A stretch of DNA of 64,000 nucleotides from the sequence record DRR723986_3008. The stretch is one strand, 5' to 3'. Below the pieces are notes generated by a model. It worked only from the letters and a program-made list of their open reading frames with translations, did not search any database and was not told the origin of the DNA. Position numbers and translations under genes: made by a program. The first letter of the stretch is position 1. Every line of letters begins with the position of its first letter. Below, in pieces: positions 1 through 10,724 of the stretch.

Positions 1-879
1 TTCCGCGCCCGAGATAATTTCAATCAGTTCTTTAGTAATATTAGCCTGACGCGTGCGGTTATACGTAATCGTCAAACTATCAATCATTTCGCCAGCGTTG
101 CGGGTTGCGTTATCCATCGCTGTCATCCGTGAACCCTGCTCAGAGGCAGCATTTTCAAGAAGCCCGCGATAGATTTGGGTCGCAACATTGCGCGGTAACA
201 AATCATCCAGAATAGAAGCTTCGTCTGGCTCATACTCATAAGCCGCCCCGCCGAGAGCATCCTCAGCATCTTCTTCCAATTCTGGAACAGGTGCCGGAAT
301 CAGCTGCTGGTTAGTAGGCACTTGCACCAAAACAGACTGGAACTTGGCATAAAAAAGCGAGGCAACATCAAATTCGCCGCGCTCAAACATTGCCAAAACT
401 TCCTGCGCAATCGGCTGAGCATCACCAAATCCAAGGCGCTTGACCGCAGAAAGGTCTTTCACACCAATAATTCGGTCGTTTAACTCACGGCGCAACACTG
501 CATGGCCTTTTTTACCAATGCACATAATCTTCACTGTCTTGCCAGCAGCGATCAGTTCATCAATATGCGCACGAGCCGCCTTAACGATATTCGTATTAAA
601 GCCGCCACACAGGCCGCGCTCAGACGTTGCGACGATAACCAGATGCACATCGTCTTTGCCAGTACCAATCAGCAGCGGTGAAGAACCCGGCGTGTCTTTC
701 ATAGACGAACCCAGGCCGGCCAGAACAGCTTCCATCCGCTCAGCGTAAGGGCGAGCCGCTTCGGCTGCCTCTTGCGCACGACGAAGCTTAGATGCCGCAA
801 CCATTTTCATGGCCTTGGTAATCTTCTGCGTCGACTTAACGGACGAAATCCGATTTTTCAGGTCTTTAAGGCTCGCCAT
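1..879 (-). CDS. atpG: F0F1 ATP synthase subunit gamma (last few codons lie beyond the window edge)
   Basis: Hand translation from ATG at 879: [36 protein letters not shown]..., reaching ...[18 protein letters not shown] at base 1; follows atpA. Absent from the ORF track because there is no stop in the window. Confidence 0.97.
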   Translation of the reverse strand, partial: MASLKDLKNRISSVKSTQKITKAMKMVAASKLRRAQEAAEAARPYAERMEAVLAGLGSSMKDTPGSSPLLIGTGKDDVHLVIVATSERGLCGGFNTNIVKAARAHIDELIAAGKTVKIMCIGKKGHAVLRRELNDRIIGVKDLSAVKRLGFGDAQPIAQEVLAMFERGEFDVASLFYAKFQSVLVQVPTNQQLIPAPVPELEEDAEDALGGAAYEYEPDEASILDDLLPRNVATQIYRGLLENAASEQGSRMTAMDNATRNAGEMIDSLTITYNRTRQANITKELIEIISGAE

Positions 880-909
880 ATGTCGCGCCTTTCTCTACTG
901 AGTTCAAAC

Positions 910-2439
910 TTAACTAAATGACTTGGCGAAAGCTTCCAGAATAGACTTCAGCTTGGCTGTTGTCTCATCTGACAGTTTCTGCTCTGACGCAATGGTTGAG
1001 AGCACGTCAGCGTGCTTGCTGCGCATCTCACCCAAGAACTGCTCTTCAAAGCGTGTCACGTCGCTTGTGTCAATTTTATCCAGGTAACCATTCACACCAG
1101 AGAAGATTGAAACAACCTGCTCTTCCACCTTCAGCGGCGAATATTGCGCCTGCTTCAAAAGCTCGGTCAAACGAGCACCGCGGTTCAACAATTGCTGCGT
1201 CGCGGCATCCAAATCAGAACCAAACTGAGCAAAAGCTTCCATCTCGCGGTACTGTGCGAGCTCAAGCTTAATGGAACCCGCAACCTGTTTCATCGCCTTG
1301 ATCTGCGCGGCAGACCCCACACGAGACACAGACAGACCAACGTTAATCGCTGGGCGAATACCTTTATAGAAAAGCTCTGTCTCAAGGAAGATCTGACCAT
1401 CAGTGATCGAAATCACGTTGGTTGGAATGTAGGCAGACACGTCACCCGCTTGTGTTTCAATGATCGGTAGTGCTGTCAATGAACCACCACCAGCGGCGTC
1501 AGACATTTTCGCAGATCGCTCAAGCAAGCGACTGTGAAGATAGAATACGTCACCAGGATAAGCCTCACGTCCAGGAGGACGGCGAAGAAGAAGCGACATC
1601 TGACGATACGCAACAGCCTGTTTGGTCAAGTCATCATAAACGATTACAGCGTGCATACCGTTGTCGCGGAAATACTCGCCCATGGCAGCACCAGTGTAGG
1701 GTGCAAGAAACTGAAGCGGTGCAGGCTCAGACGCGGTAGCGGCAATAACGATAGAATATTCCATCGCGCCTTTTTCTTCCAGCGACTTCACAATTTGCGC
1801 AACTGTTGAGCGCTTCTGGCCAACGGCTACATATATACAGAACAACTTTTCATTGTCCTCGGCGGCGTCGTTGGTCAACTTCTGGTTAATGAAGGTGTCA
1901 ATCGCTACAGCGGTTTTACCTGTTTGGCGGTCACCAATAACAAGTTCACGCTGTCCGCGTCCAACAGGTACCAATGCGTCAATGGCCTTTAGACCAGACT
2001 GCATGGGCTGATCAACAGACTTACGCGGGATAATGCCGGGGGCTTTCACCTCAACACGGGTCCGCTCAACATCTTTGATCGGACCCTTACCATCAATAGG
2101 GTTACCAAGCGCGTCAACAACGCGGCCAAGCAAACCTTTTCCGGTTGGCACGTCCACAATGGCGCCTGTCCGCTTAACGATGTCACCTTCTTTAATGCCT
2201 TGGTCATTACCAAAGATCACGACACCAACATTATCAGTTTCAAGGTTCAGCGCCATGCCTTTAATGCCGCCAGGGAATTCGACCATTTCACCAGCCTGAA
2301 CTTGATCAAGGCCGTAAACACGGGCGATACCATCACCAACTGAAAGAACGGTACCAACTTCTGAGACTTCAGCGTCAGTGCCGAAATTTGCGATCTGGTC
2401 CTTCAGGACCTTCGAGATTTCCGCCGCTCGGATATCCAT
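910..2439 (-). CDS. atpA: F0F1 ATP synthase subunit alpha
   Basis: 509 aa; Walker [45 protein letters not shown]. Confidence 0.99.
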   Translation of the reverse strand: MDIRAAEISKVLKDQIANFGTDAEVSEVGTVLSVGDGIARVYGLDQVQAGEMVEFPGGIKGMALNLETDNVGVVIFGNDQGIKEGDIVKRTGAIVDVPTGKGLLGRVVDALGNPIDGKGPIKDVERTRVEVKAPGIIPRKSVDQPMQSGLKAIDALVPVGRGQRELVIGDRQTGKTAVAIDTFINQKLTNDAAEDNEKLFCIYVAVGQKRSTVAQIVKSLEEKGAMEYSIVIAATASEPAPLQFLAPYTGAAMGEYFRDNGMHAVIVYDDLTKQAVAYRQMSLLLRRPPGREAYPGDVFYLHSRLLERSAKMSDAAGGGSLTALPIIETQAGDVSAYIPTNVISITDGQIFLETELFYKGIRPAINVGLSVSRVGSAAQIKAMKQVAGSIKLELAQYREMEAFAQFGSDLDAATQQLLNRGARLTELLKQAQYSPLKVEEQVVSIFSGVNGYLDKIDTSDVTRFEEQFLGEMRSKHADVLSTIASEQKLSDETTAKLKSILEAFAKSFS

Positions 2440-2999
2440 TATTGAACCCCTTTCATAGCGATTGCGAGGTTATCGAGTTTGGTTTTCAAAGAGCTATCGA
2501 TCATGCGAGAGCCGACTTTCACTTTCAATCCGCCAAGCAGACTTTCGTCCACGACCTGATCAATCATCACGTCGCGTCCAATGGCAGACTTCAAATTCTT
2601 TTGTAGAGATTTCATCTGAGCGCTGCTGAGCTTGGCCGCGCTGACAACGTTTGCATTTACTTCGCCGCGGTGGTCCGCAACCAGCTTTTCAAACGATTGA
2701 ATAATTAAGTCCAAAGCAACAAGACGCCGATTCGCAGCCAAAACACCTAAAAAGTCGCTAGCAAGCTTGGAAAAGCCCGCAGACTTGGCAACAGCTGCAA
2801 CACCCTTTTGCTGTTCGTCGCGTGTCACGATAGGCGAAGAGACCAAAGTGTTAAAATCAGCGCTTTCAGCCAGCAGTACACGCATGTTGGCCAAATCAGC
2901 CTCAACGGTCTGCAAGGCATTGTTTTCAACGGCAAGGTCAAATATCGCTAACGCGTAGCGACCCTGTAATCCTGAAACAATGGCTTTTTGCGAGGTCAC
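2439..2999 (-). CDS. atpH: F0F1 ATP synthase subunit delta
   Basis: GRYALAIF N-terminus, [27 protein letters not shown]-terminus; stop overlaps the atpA start; GTG start. Confidence 0.97.
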   Translation of the reverse strand: MTSQKAIVSGLQGRYALAIFDLAVENNALQTVEADLANMRVLLAESADFNTLVSSPIVTRDEQQKGVAAVAKSAGFSKLASDFLGVLAANRRLVALDLIIQSFEKLVADHRGEVNANVVSAAKLSSAQMKSLQKNLKSAIGRDVMIDQVVDESLLGGLKVKVGSRMIDSSLKTKLDNLAIAMKGVQ

Positions 3000-3319
3000 G
3001 AAAGACGTCCCCTGAAGTTATGACTGAACCTTGCGGTTCGCTTAAATGAGACAAACCAAAACAGCTGTTCTCACGCTCAAATTCTTGATCGTTTCAATCT
3101 GGAGAAACTTACCCAGATTTGGTGCTTACCCGACCAAATGCGTGCTCCCTCTAGCATAGAGATTTATGGCTTGCAACCCGCCAAATTATGAGAATCAAAA
3201 ATCTTCCCGATCAGGCGGCTGAAGCGGGTCGCAACCGCTTCAAATACACGCACTTCAATTGGGAACGGTGGCCCGCAAAAACAAAAGGAAACACAGGCTC
3301 TTTACCGTGCTTACAAAAA

Positions 3320-5542
3320 CTACAGAAAATTGTAGGGGTCGATATCAATCTTGATTTTCACGCCCTTAATATGCCGAGTGCGTCTTACCCAATCGCGCAC
3401 AATTTGTTGTAACCCCGCGCGTTTCTGTCCATGCACCAATAGCCTCGCTCGGTGCAGCCCTCGCACCCGTGCCAACGGCGCAGGTGCAGGCCCCATAAAA
3501 GATACACCCTCTATAGAAGGTGCGCTTGTTGCGAGCAAACGGCCCTGATCAAATACAGCGGCCATATCAGAGCCCGCAAGAATCACAGCCGTTAGCTGAC
3601 CAAAAGGCGGCATTTTATAGCGTTGTCTCGCTTCCCGTTCAGCCTGCATAAAGGCCTCGCCGTCACCGGACAGCAGCGCTTGGACCACAGGGTGTTCCGG
3701 CTCGTAGGTTTGCAAATACACCGTTCCTGGCTTTTCCGCACGCCCCGCGCGGCCTGCCACTTGCACCAATTGCTGGTAAGTACGTTCGCCCGCCCGCAGG
3801 TCACCGCCACGCAGGCCAAGGTCAGCATCAATAACGCCAACAAGCGTCAAATTCGGGAAATGATAGCCTTTGGTGACAATCTGGGTGCCAATAACGATGT
3901 CCAGCTGCCCGTTCGCAATTTGCTCTACCATTTCCGCAGTAAGGCGTGGGTTGGTCATGGTGTCACTGGTCATGACTGCAATCCGGGCGTCGCCGAACGC
4001 AGCGTTCACTTCTTCAAACAGGCGCTCTACACCTGGGCCGCAGGCGACAAGACTGTCTTCAGATTCACATTCTGGGCACAATTCCGGAGATGGACGGACA
4101 AAACCACACTGGTGGCACTGAAGCTCCTTGCGAAAGCGGTGCTCAACAAGCCATGTACTGCAGCTTGGGCATTCGATTCGGTGGCCGCAGGTGCGGCAAA
4201 GCGTCAAGGGAGCATAGCCGCGCCGGTTGAGAAACAGCATAACCTGTTCACCGCTCGCAATGGTTTGCTTCATTGCCTCTATAAGCTTTGGTGCCAGCCA
4301 CTGGCCTGCTGCTGGTGCGTCAGCTCGTAGGTCAATCGACTTCATAGCCGGCAATATGGCGGCGCCGAACCGCTCGCGTAAAATCAGCTTTTCATATTTG
4401 CCGCTGTCTGCATTCACCAAGGTTTCCAATGACGGTGTAGCACTGGCAAGCACAATCGGACAATCAGCAAGTTTGGCCCGCACTACCGCCATGTCACGCG
4501 CATGATACAAAACCCCTTCTTCCTGCTTGAAAGACGGATCATGCTCTTCGTCCACGGTGATGAAGCCTAACTTTTTAAAGGGTAGGAACAATGCAGAGCG
4601 GGCACCAACAACAACCCTTGCCTGACCGCTGGCCACCGCGCGCCATGCGCGCCGACGCGCGGCTATGCCAATGTCCGAATGCCATACCACCGGTTGCGTG
4701 CCAAAGCGTTCTTCAAAGCGCGTTAACCACTGCGATGTTAAAGCTATTTCCGGCACAAGCACCAATACTTGGGCATCCGGTTGTTTTAACGCCTCAATCA
4801 GTCCTTCAAAATAGACCTCTGTTTTGCCGGAACCTGTTATGCCGTCCAGAAGGAACGGTTTGAACCCACCTTCCCAAACACAATCGCTTATCGCTTTCGA
4901 GGCTTTTTCTTGCTCACCAGAGAGCTTTGGCCCTTCAATTGAGACATCCGGCAAGCCAAAGGGACGGTCTACCGATATTTCTATCGACCGCAATGCCCCA
5001 GCTGTGGCAAGGCCCGTGATAACAGCAGTAGAAACCTCCGCCTTTTCTGCCAACTGCGCACCCGTTAGCGGCGAATCGCCAATTTCATTCAGAACTGCTT
5101 GCCGCGCAGGTGTAATGCGCAGGCCATCCGGTATATCACCCTTTACATAGTGCCTGCGCATCGGCACGTCGGCGAGCGCAGCTGGCGACGACAAGGTCAT
5201 GCGCAATACAGCCCCCGCAGACGAAAGGGTGTAGGCGGCGACCCAATCAACAAATTGGCGCAGATCGTCTGCCATAAGCGGCAGTGCAATTATCTTTTCA
5301 ACGGACTTTAGTTTTTCCAGTGGCAATTGCTTACCGCCACCTTGCGTATCATTGTCCCAAACCACACCAACCGCAGACCGCCCTGACAATGGCACCTGAA
5401 CATAGGTTCCGGGCAAGGGTTTCGCCTCCCCCGGTGGCATCCGGTAATCCAACACACCCTTAAGCGGCAACGGCAGCAGCACGCGAATACGCTCGGGCTG
5501 CATGCCACTGTCGTTGAGGTCAAAGTTGGTTTGGTCCATCAA
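3320..5542 (-). CDS. priA: Primosomal protein N' (replication restart helicase)
   Basis: GITGSGKTEVY, DEEH box, LNRRGYAP, four CxxC zinc-knuckle pairs, QVAGRAGR. Exact start uncertain (TTG 5542 or a nearby ATG). Confidence 0.97.
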   Translation of the reverse strand: MMDQTNFDLNDSGMQPERIRVLLPLPLKGVLDYRMPPGEAKPLPGTYVQVPLSGRSAVGVVWDNDTQGGGKQLPLEKLKSVEKIIALPLMADDLRQFVDWVAAYTLSSAGAVLRMTLSSPAALADVPMRRHYVKGDIPDGLRITPARQAVLNEIGDSPLTGAQLAEKAEVSTAVITGLATAGALRSIEISVDRPFGLPDVSIEGPKLSGEQEKASKAISDCVWEGGFKPFLLDGITGSGKTEVYFEGLIEALKQPDAQVLVLVPEIALTSQWLTRFEERFGTQPVVWHSDIGIAARRRAWRAVASGQARVVVGARSALFLPFKKLGFITVDEEHDPSFKQEEGVLYHARDMAVVRAKLADCPIVLASATPSLETLVNADSGKYEKLILRERFGAAILPAMKSIDLRADAPAAGQWLAPKLIEAMKQTIASGEQVMLFLNRRGYAPLTLCRTCGHRIECPSCSTWLVEHRFRKELQCHQCGFVRPSPELCPECESEDSLVACGPGVERLFEEVNAAFGDARIAVMTSDTMTNPRLTAEMVEQIANGQLDIVIGTQIVTKGYHFPNLTLVGVIDADLGLRGGDLRAGERTYQQLVQVAGRAGRAEKPGTVYLQTYEPEHPVVQALLSGDGEAFMQAEREARQRYKMPPFGQLTAVILAGSDMAAVFDQGRLLATSAPSIEGVSFMGPAPAPLARVRGLHRARLLVHGQKRAGLQQIVRDWVRRTRHIKGVKIKIDIDPYNFL

Positions 5543-5747
5543 AGATTGCTGTCCTGTGAGGGGTGTCTAAATATCGTTGACCGATAGCATAGGAAGCCGC
5601 CTCGATAACCGCAATCATCCATCGCGCACATTAAAGTAAAAATATTGGCTAGGCAGGCGCGGCGCAGGCATTTATAAAGCTTGCACGTTTAATCAGCATT
5701 TGGGCCAACTCAGCGCCCCAACGTATCGCCAGCCAAGGAGCGTCACC

Positions 5748-6401
5748 ATGAAATTCTTCCTCGACACCGCCAACATCGACGAAATTCGCGAAGCCAATGC
5801 CACCGGCCTTCTGGACGGCGTAACAACCAACCCCTCGTTGATCAAAAAGGCCGGGCGCGAATTTTTTGAGGTGATCGGTGAGATCGCTGCGGAAGTTGAC
5901 GGCCCTGTGTCGGCAGAAACCGTGGCGCACGATCATGAAACCATGCTCAAGGAAGGGCTTAAGTGCGCAAAAATCGCTGATAATATCGCAGTGAAAGTGC
6001 CACTAACACTTGACGGTCTGAAAACCTGCAAGGCACTTCGGTCTGAGGGAATTATGGTGAATGTGACTCTGTGCTTTTCAGCTAATCAGGCATTGTTGGC
6101 CGCCAAAGCGGGCGCCAGCTTTATCTCGCCGTTTGTCGGCCGCCACGATGACGTCGGTTTTGATGGCATGGAGCTGATTGAAGACATTCGCACCATTTAC
6201 GACAATTACGCGTTCGACACAGAAATTCTGGTGGCCTCTGTGCGCCACCCGGTCCATGTGCTGGAAAGCGCCCGCATCGGTGCCGATGTCGCCACCTTCC
6301 CGTGGGACGTGATGAAAAAGCTTTTCAACCACCCGCTTAGCGCAAGCGGCCTTGCTGGTTTTGACAAAGACTGGGCAGCAACCGGATTTTCAATTCTGTA
6401 G
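5748..6401 (+). CDS. tal: Transaldolase / fructose-6-phosphate aldolase family (short type)
   Basis: [16 protein letters not shown], Schiff-base Lys in AVKVP, ISPFVGR; AAGGAG RBS at 5735-5740 supports ATG 5748. Confidence 0.92.
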   Translation: MKFFLDTANIDEIREANATGLLDGVTTNPSLIKKAGREFFEVIGEIAAEVDGPVSAETVAHDHETMLKEGLKCAKIADNIAVKVPLTLDGLKTCKALRSEGIMVNVTLCFSANQALLAAKAGASFISPFVGRHDDVGFDGMELIEDIRTIYDNYAFDTEILVASVRHPVHVLESARIGADVATFPWDVMKKLFNHPLSASGLAGFDKDWAATGFSIL

Positions 6402-6408
6402 CTTCTCC

Positions 6409-6711
6409 ATGACCAAATCTAATCTGCGCATAAAAGCCTGTCTCGCTGTTACGCCTTTTCTAGTATATTGGGTGATGGGTTATTTGTACCAGAAGGACGT
6501 TATCGGCATTCAGCCCAACAACTGGATTTTGATTCCTGTTTTCGTTTGTTTTTGGGTCCTATTTTTCATTCGTTGCGAAACATGCAAAACCAGCGTTTTA
6601 AAGCTTGGATTAGAGCCCTTGGAAGGCAGGAACTACGTTCGTTTTAATTATGATACCCTTGCATTCCTAGTCAAAAAGACCTGCCCAAAATGCAGCATGA
6701 CCCGTCGATAA
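6409..6711 (+). CDS. Small hypothetical membrane protein with two CxxC motifs
   Basis: 100 aa from ATG 6409; two hydrophobic segments followed by CETC...CPKC; starts 7 nt after the tal stop. Confidence 0.55.
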   Translation: MTKSNLRIKACLAVTPFLVYWVMGYLYQKDVIGIQPNNWILIPVFVCFWVLFFIRCETCKTSVLKLGLEPLEGRNYVRFNYDTLAFLVKKTCPKCSMTRR

Positions 6712-7361
6712 CACCATTTGAGGCTTTGCATGGTCAAACCGAGTGGCCTGACGTTGCTGGCGTTCCGCCGTGGGACTATACCCTCGGTGGTGGTGGCCGG
6801 GAACTGATTGACCGGGTGATAACCGAATCGGGTGCCACCCACATGCTGGAAATTGGTTGTTTCCTCTGCGCGTCCGTCCGGCGCTGGCTTTCAAATCACC
6901 CAAACCTCAAGCTTGTGGGCATCGACCCGTGGGATGATGGGCTGATCGATCAGGTAGCGCGCTATATTGGCCGTCCAAACCTCACCCGCAAGTATCCTGA
7001 CGCCGCGACCCAGCAGCAAATGCTCACTGACATTACAAAAAACGGCCCCTACGCTACGGCCCTTGCCAATGTAGCGGAGTTTAAAGACCGTTTCGCGCCC
7101 GTGCGCGGCCTATCACCAGACAAGCTATACGCGCTAAAAGAACAAGGCTTCGAGCCTGATATTGTCTACATTGACTGCGACAAAAAACCGGATGAGCTAG
7201 AAGTAAGCCACAAGCTGTGGCCAAACGCCCATATCACCGGCGACGATTGGCACTGGAACCGCGCTCACGGTTACCCCATGCGCACGGTGGTGAATGATTT
7301 CGCTGAAAAGTACGGCTTTGTCGTTGAAGCCGACTGGGCCACCTGGATTTTGAAGCGCTAA
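6690..7361 (+). CDS. Class I SAM-dependent methyltransferase (Methyltransf_24-like)
   Basis: Motif I-like MLEIGCFLCAS, LVGIDPW, DIVYIDCD, ITGDDW. Confidence 0.8.
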   Translation: MQHDPSITPFEALHGQTEWPDVAGVPPWDYTLGGGGRELIDRVITESGATHMLEIGCFLCASVRRWLSNHPNLKLVGIDPWDDGLIDQVARYIGRPNLTRKYPDAATQQQMLTDITKNGPYATALANVAEFKDRFAPVRGLSPDKLYALKEQGFEPDIVYIDCDKKPDELEVSHKLWPNAHITGDDWHWNRAHGYPMRTVVNDFAEKYGFVVEADWATWILKR

Positions 7362-7363
7362 AC

Positions 7364-7414
7364 CTACTCGTCCGCATCAACCCATGTGACGTGGCCCATT
7401 TTACGGCCCGGGCG
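7364..7414 (-). pseudogene. Relic copy of the purK 3' end
   Basis: Translates RPGRKMGHVTWVDADE*; 39/45 nt identical to the active purK end at 7841-7885. Confidence 0.85.
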
Positions 7415-7432
7415 CCGTTTGATAACCAATGA

Positions 7433-7834
7433 CTAAAAAACTTCTATAAGCCTGAAGTGTTCACATACAAGCAGCATGTTGGGCTTATAGCAGCCCGCCT
7501 GAGTAAAATACGCTTTGTGAGAAGCTTGCCAATGGGCAAGGCTTAAGTCGCCTTCGCCCTCTTTCTCGGCAAAAGCCGCATCTGCTTCAGAAAACTTCAT
7601 GATTTCGACCGCTGTGATTTCTATTCTACAGGCACTTCTGCCCATTTCATCCAGCACAATTTGTTGTTCCCCAACCTTAGCAGTTTTGTTGTCAGGGTAC
7701 CTATCGAAGGCGGAGCATGTAGCTGTTTTCCGCCCAGATAACACCAGCTCCAGCAGGGTCTTGGCCATCTCAGCAGAGTTCCCAAAGGAAAACTCTACCA
7801 ATCCACTGTCGGATGTGCTGGCAGAGCGATACAC
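7433..7834 (-). CDS. ASCH domain protein
   Basis: FSFG...LLELVLSGRKTATCS and EGEGDLSLAHWQASH...CEHF, typical of bacterial ASCH proteins. Confidence 0.88.
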   Translation of the reverse strand: MYRSASTSDSGLVEFSFGNSAEMAKTLLELVLSGRKTATCSAFDRYPDNKTAKVGEQQIVLDEMGRSACRIEITAVEIMKFSEADAAFAEKEGEGDLSLAHWQASHKAYFTQAGCYKPNMLLVCEHFRLIEVF

Positions 7835-7837
7835 GGT

Positions 7838-8911
7838 TTATTCCGCATCAATCCAAGTGACATGGCCCATTTTGCGGCCCGGTCGCGGCTCTGACTTGCC
7901 GTAGTGGTGAAAACTGGCTTTCGGGTCCGCCAGATACTTTTCAACGTCCAGAATATCATCACCTAAAAGATTTTTCATGCGGATGACACCAAGCGCTTCT
8001 GTTGGGCCCAGCGGCAAATCACAAATGGCGCGGATATGCTGTTCGAACTGGCTAGTAACTGATCCATTCATTGTCCAGTGACCGGAATTGTGAACCCTTG
8101 GTGCTATCTCATTGGCGATGATTTTACTGTCTGCGTCGCTTACAAACATTTCCACCGTCATAACACCGACATACTCCAGCGCATTGGCAAGCTTGGTTGC
8201 AATAACCTTGGCTTTCGCCTCAACCATATCACTTACTTTTGCAGGCACTGTTGTGACATCGAGAATATGATTCGAATGCACATTCTCACTAACAGGATAG
8301 GCCGCCACATCACCCGAGGCGCTGCGAGCAACAATCACGCTGATTTCACGGTCAAAGTTGACGAAACCTTCAAGAATTGAAGGAGTGCCGTCGGTTACGT
8401 CCATTACTTTTTCAAGATCTTTGGATGACTGAACCAAATGCTGGCCCTTGCCGTCATAGCCAAAGCGTCTGGTTTTTGCCACAGCAGGACGACCGATTAT
8501 CTTTAAGGCCTCTTTCAACTCAGCTGCGGTATGGAAATCGTTATAAGGGGCGGTTTCAACCCCAGACTCTGCCAAAAACTGCTTTTCAACCAAACGGTCT
8601 TGGCTAACCATAAGCGCGCGCGCACCAGGCCGCAGCAAGGTGTTTTTTGAAACAATATCAGCGGTTTGCGCGGGTACATTTTCAAATTCATATGTTGCTA
8701 CATCAACCGCACTGGCAAATTCAGTTAAAGACTTTTCATTGGTGTATGAAGCAACTGTCACTTTATCGGCAACCTGAAATGCCGGACTGTTTTCTTCGGG
8801 GCAATAAATATGACACTTGTACCCAAGGTTTGCAGCAGCCAGCGCCAGCATGCGGCCTAATTGACCGCCGCCCAAAATGCCTATTGTGCCGCCCGGATTA
8901 ATTCGTGTCAT
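7838..8911 (-). CDS. purK: N5-carboxyaminoimidazole ribonucleotide synthase
   Basis: GILGGGQLGRM, TYEFEN, GYDGKGQ, NEIAPRVHNSGH, GRKMGH. Confidence 0.98.
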   Translation of the reverse strand: MTRINPGGTIGILGGGQLGRMLALAAANLGYKCHIYCPEENSPAFQVADKVTVASYTNEKSLTEFASAVDVATYEFENVPAQTADIVSKNTLLRPGARALMVSQDRLVEKQFLAESGVETAPYNDFHTAAELKEALKIIGRPAVAKTRRFGYDGKGQHLVQSSKDLEKVMDVTDGTPSILEGFVNFDREISVIVARSASGDVAAYPVSENVHSNHILDVTTVPAKVSDMVEAKAKVIATKLANALEYVGVMTVEMFVSDADSKIIANEIAPRVHNSGHWTMNGSVTSQFEQHIRAICDLPLGPTEALGVIRMKNLLGDDILDVEKYLADPKASFHHYGKSEPRPGRKMGHVTWIDAE

Positions 8912-8938
8912 GGCAAACCCCCGCTTGGAAAATGTCTA

Positions 8939-9430
8939 TTATTTAGTTGGCTCTTCCGCAACGCTTTCTGTTTGTACTGCGCGCCAATCGTCAAGGCGTT
9001 TGGCAAGCTCGTCGTCCATAAGTGCTAGTACAGACGCCGCAAGCAGGCCTGCATTCTTGGCCCCAGCATTACCAATAGCCAGTGTACCTACTGGCACGCC
9101 GCCCGGCATTTGCACGATAGAGAGTAAGCTGTCTTTGCCGGAAAGCATGCTGGATTGAACCGGCACACCAAATACCGGCAACGGTGTCATAGCTGCCGCC
9201 ATGCCCGGCAAATGCGCGGCTCCGCCCGCCCCTGCAATGATGCATTTCAGGCCTCTTTTTCTAGCGCCCTTAGCATAGAGCACCAGCCTGTCTGGTGTGC
9301 GGTGAGCCGAAACAATTTTGGTTTCATAACTAACGCCGAGCGTGTCCAATATGTCGGCTGCGTGTTTCATTGTCGGCCAATCGGACTGGCTACCCATAAT
9401 GATCCCGACGGAAGGCGTTACGTTCGGCAC
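8939..9430 (-). CDS. purE: N5-CAIR mutase
   Basis: [35 protein letters not shown] 9430 chosen because AGGA lies just upstream (ORF track extends to 9469). Confidence 0.97.
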   Translation of the reverse strand: MPNVTPSVGIIMGSQSDWPTMKHAADILDTLGVSYETKIVSAHRTPDRLVLYAKGARKRGLKCIIAGAGGAAHLPGMAAAMTPLPVFGVPVQSSMLSGKDSLLSIVQMPGGVPVGTLAIGNAGAKNAGLLAASVLALMDDELAKRLDDWRAVQTESVAEEPTK

Positions 9431-9635
9431 AGCAAAAATCCTGTTTTTTGGCCCGCTAGAGCCGTTCACCTGCGGAAGCGCGCATTATAGTCTTGGGCAA
9501 TTTGATTGCAAGCCAGAGATCAAATGCCTAAAATATAGGAATTAAGCTTGCAAAATTAGCTTTCTGGCAACAGTTCATTAATACTAACGGTGCTAATAAC
9601 AAACCAACCACTTAGTTGAATTGGTAGGAATTGGG

Positions 9636-10376
9636 ATGAAAATCTCTAACACACCCGGTGTTGCGCGCGCAGCGCCAACCCGACCAGCGACCCGAACCGG
9701 CAAAGTGGCCTCGGCAACTGATACGCCGGTGGCCCGGCGAATAGAAGATACTGTTCAAGTGCTCAGCATTCCGCCAGAGGAAATGACAGAGCGCGTGCAG
9801 CACGCCATTATGTCGCTGATGCAGGAAGTTGACAGCCTGCGCCAAGAGCTGGACCAAACCAACAGGCGCCTGCGCCAAATGGAAGATGTTGCCGACACCG
9901 ACGCGTTGTTACCGATACCAAACCGCCGGGCATTTGTGCGCGAGCTCAACCGCATGATATCTTTTGCCGAACGATACGGTACTCCGTCTACGCTTATGTT
10001 TATCGACCTAAACGATATGAAAAACATCAATGACAAATACGGCCATGATGTAGGCGATAAAGCTTTGTTCCACGTGACGCGCTTGCTTGTGGACAATGTA
10101 CGTACCACCGATGTCGTCGGGCGGTTGGGCGGCGATGAGTTTGGCGTTATCCTCGCTCAAGCTGATGAGAAAGTTGGCGCAGAAAAAGCAAATTCGCTGG
10201 CGGACATCATCGCCAAAAACACACTTGATCTTGACGGGCAAACACTGTCCATGACAATGGCGTACGGCACATACACATTCCGGTCTGGTGACAAACCAGA
10301 CGACGCCCTCGATAAAGCCGACAAAGCCATGTATGAAAATAAACGGGATATGAAGAGCGCAGATAGCAGCAGCTAA
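9636..10376 (+). CDS. Diguanylate cyclase (coiled coil + GGDEF)
   Basis: Intact GGDEF with RTTD I-site, NRRAF, NDKYGH; AGGA RBS before ATG 9636. Confidence 0.93.
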   Translation: MKISNTPGVARAAPTRPATRTGKVASATDTPVARRIEDTVQVLSIPPEEMTERVQHAIMSLMQEVDSLRQELDQTNRRLRQMEDVADTDALLPIPNRRAFVRELNRMISFAERYGTPSTLMFIDLNDMKNINDKYGHDVGDKALFHVTRLLVDNVRTTDVVGRLGGDEFGVILAQADEKVGAEKANSLADIIAKNTLDLDGQTLSMTMAYGTYTFRSGDKPDDALDKADKAMYENKRDMKSADSSS

Positions 10377-10413
10377 CTGGCTTGTTTCTTAACGCTTCAT
10401 TTCCCGGCTATTG

Positions 10414-10611
10414 CTAGGCAATAATGTCAGGTAACAGCAAGCCTTCCAAAGTCGACATTTCATCCTTGAGCGCTAGCTTGCGTTTTTTCATACGCTGCAC
10501 TTGCAATAGGTCAAATGTGTTGGAAGCCTGCATGGCCGAAATAGCCGTATCCAAGTCACCGTGTTCTTCTTTCACGGCCGCCAGTCTCTCACGGATGGCA
10601 TCTTCGTCCAT
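10414..10611 (-). CDS. YdcH/DUF465 family protein
   Basis: EHGDLDTAI...QRMKKRKLALKD...PDIIA pattern. Confidence 0.88.
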   Translation of the reverse strand: MDEDAIRERLAAVKEEHGDLDTAISAMQASNTFDLLQVQRMKKRKLALKDEMSTLEGLLLPDIIA

Positions 10612-10724
10612 ATTTCACCTTTGGTATGCCTTCTTGCAATGCTATCGTTTTACCGCCCAAAAAAAGGCTATAATGTGTGTTTTGCTAGCCATTATCAGAA
10701 CCATTTTAACAAGGGAATATCCTT

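Noticed and set aside
3623-4330. 235-aa plus-strand ORF
   Set aside because: Antisense shadow inside priA with no recognisable motif; the same applies to most short ORFs overlapping clear genes.
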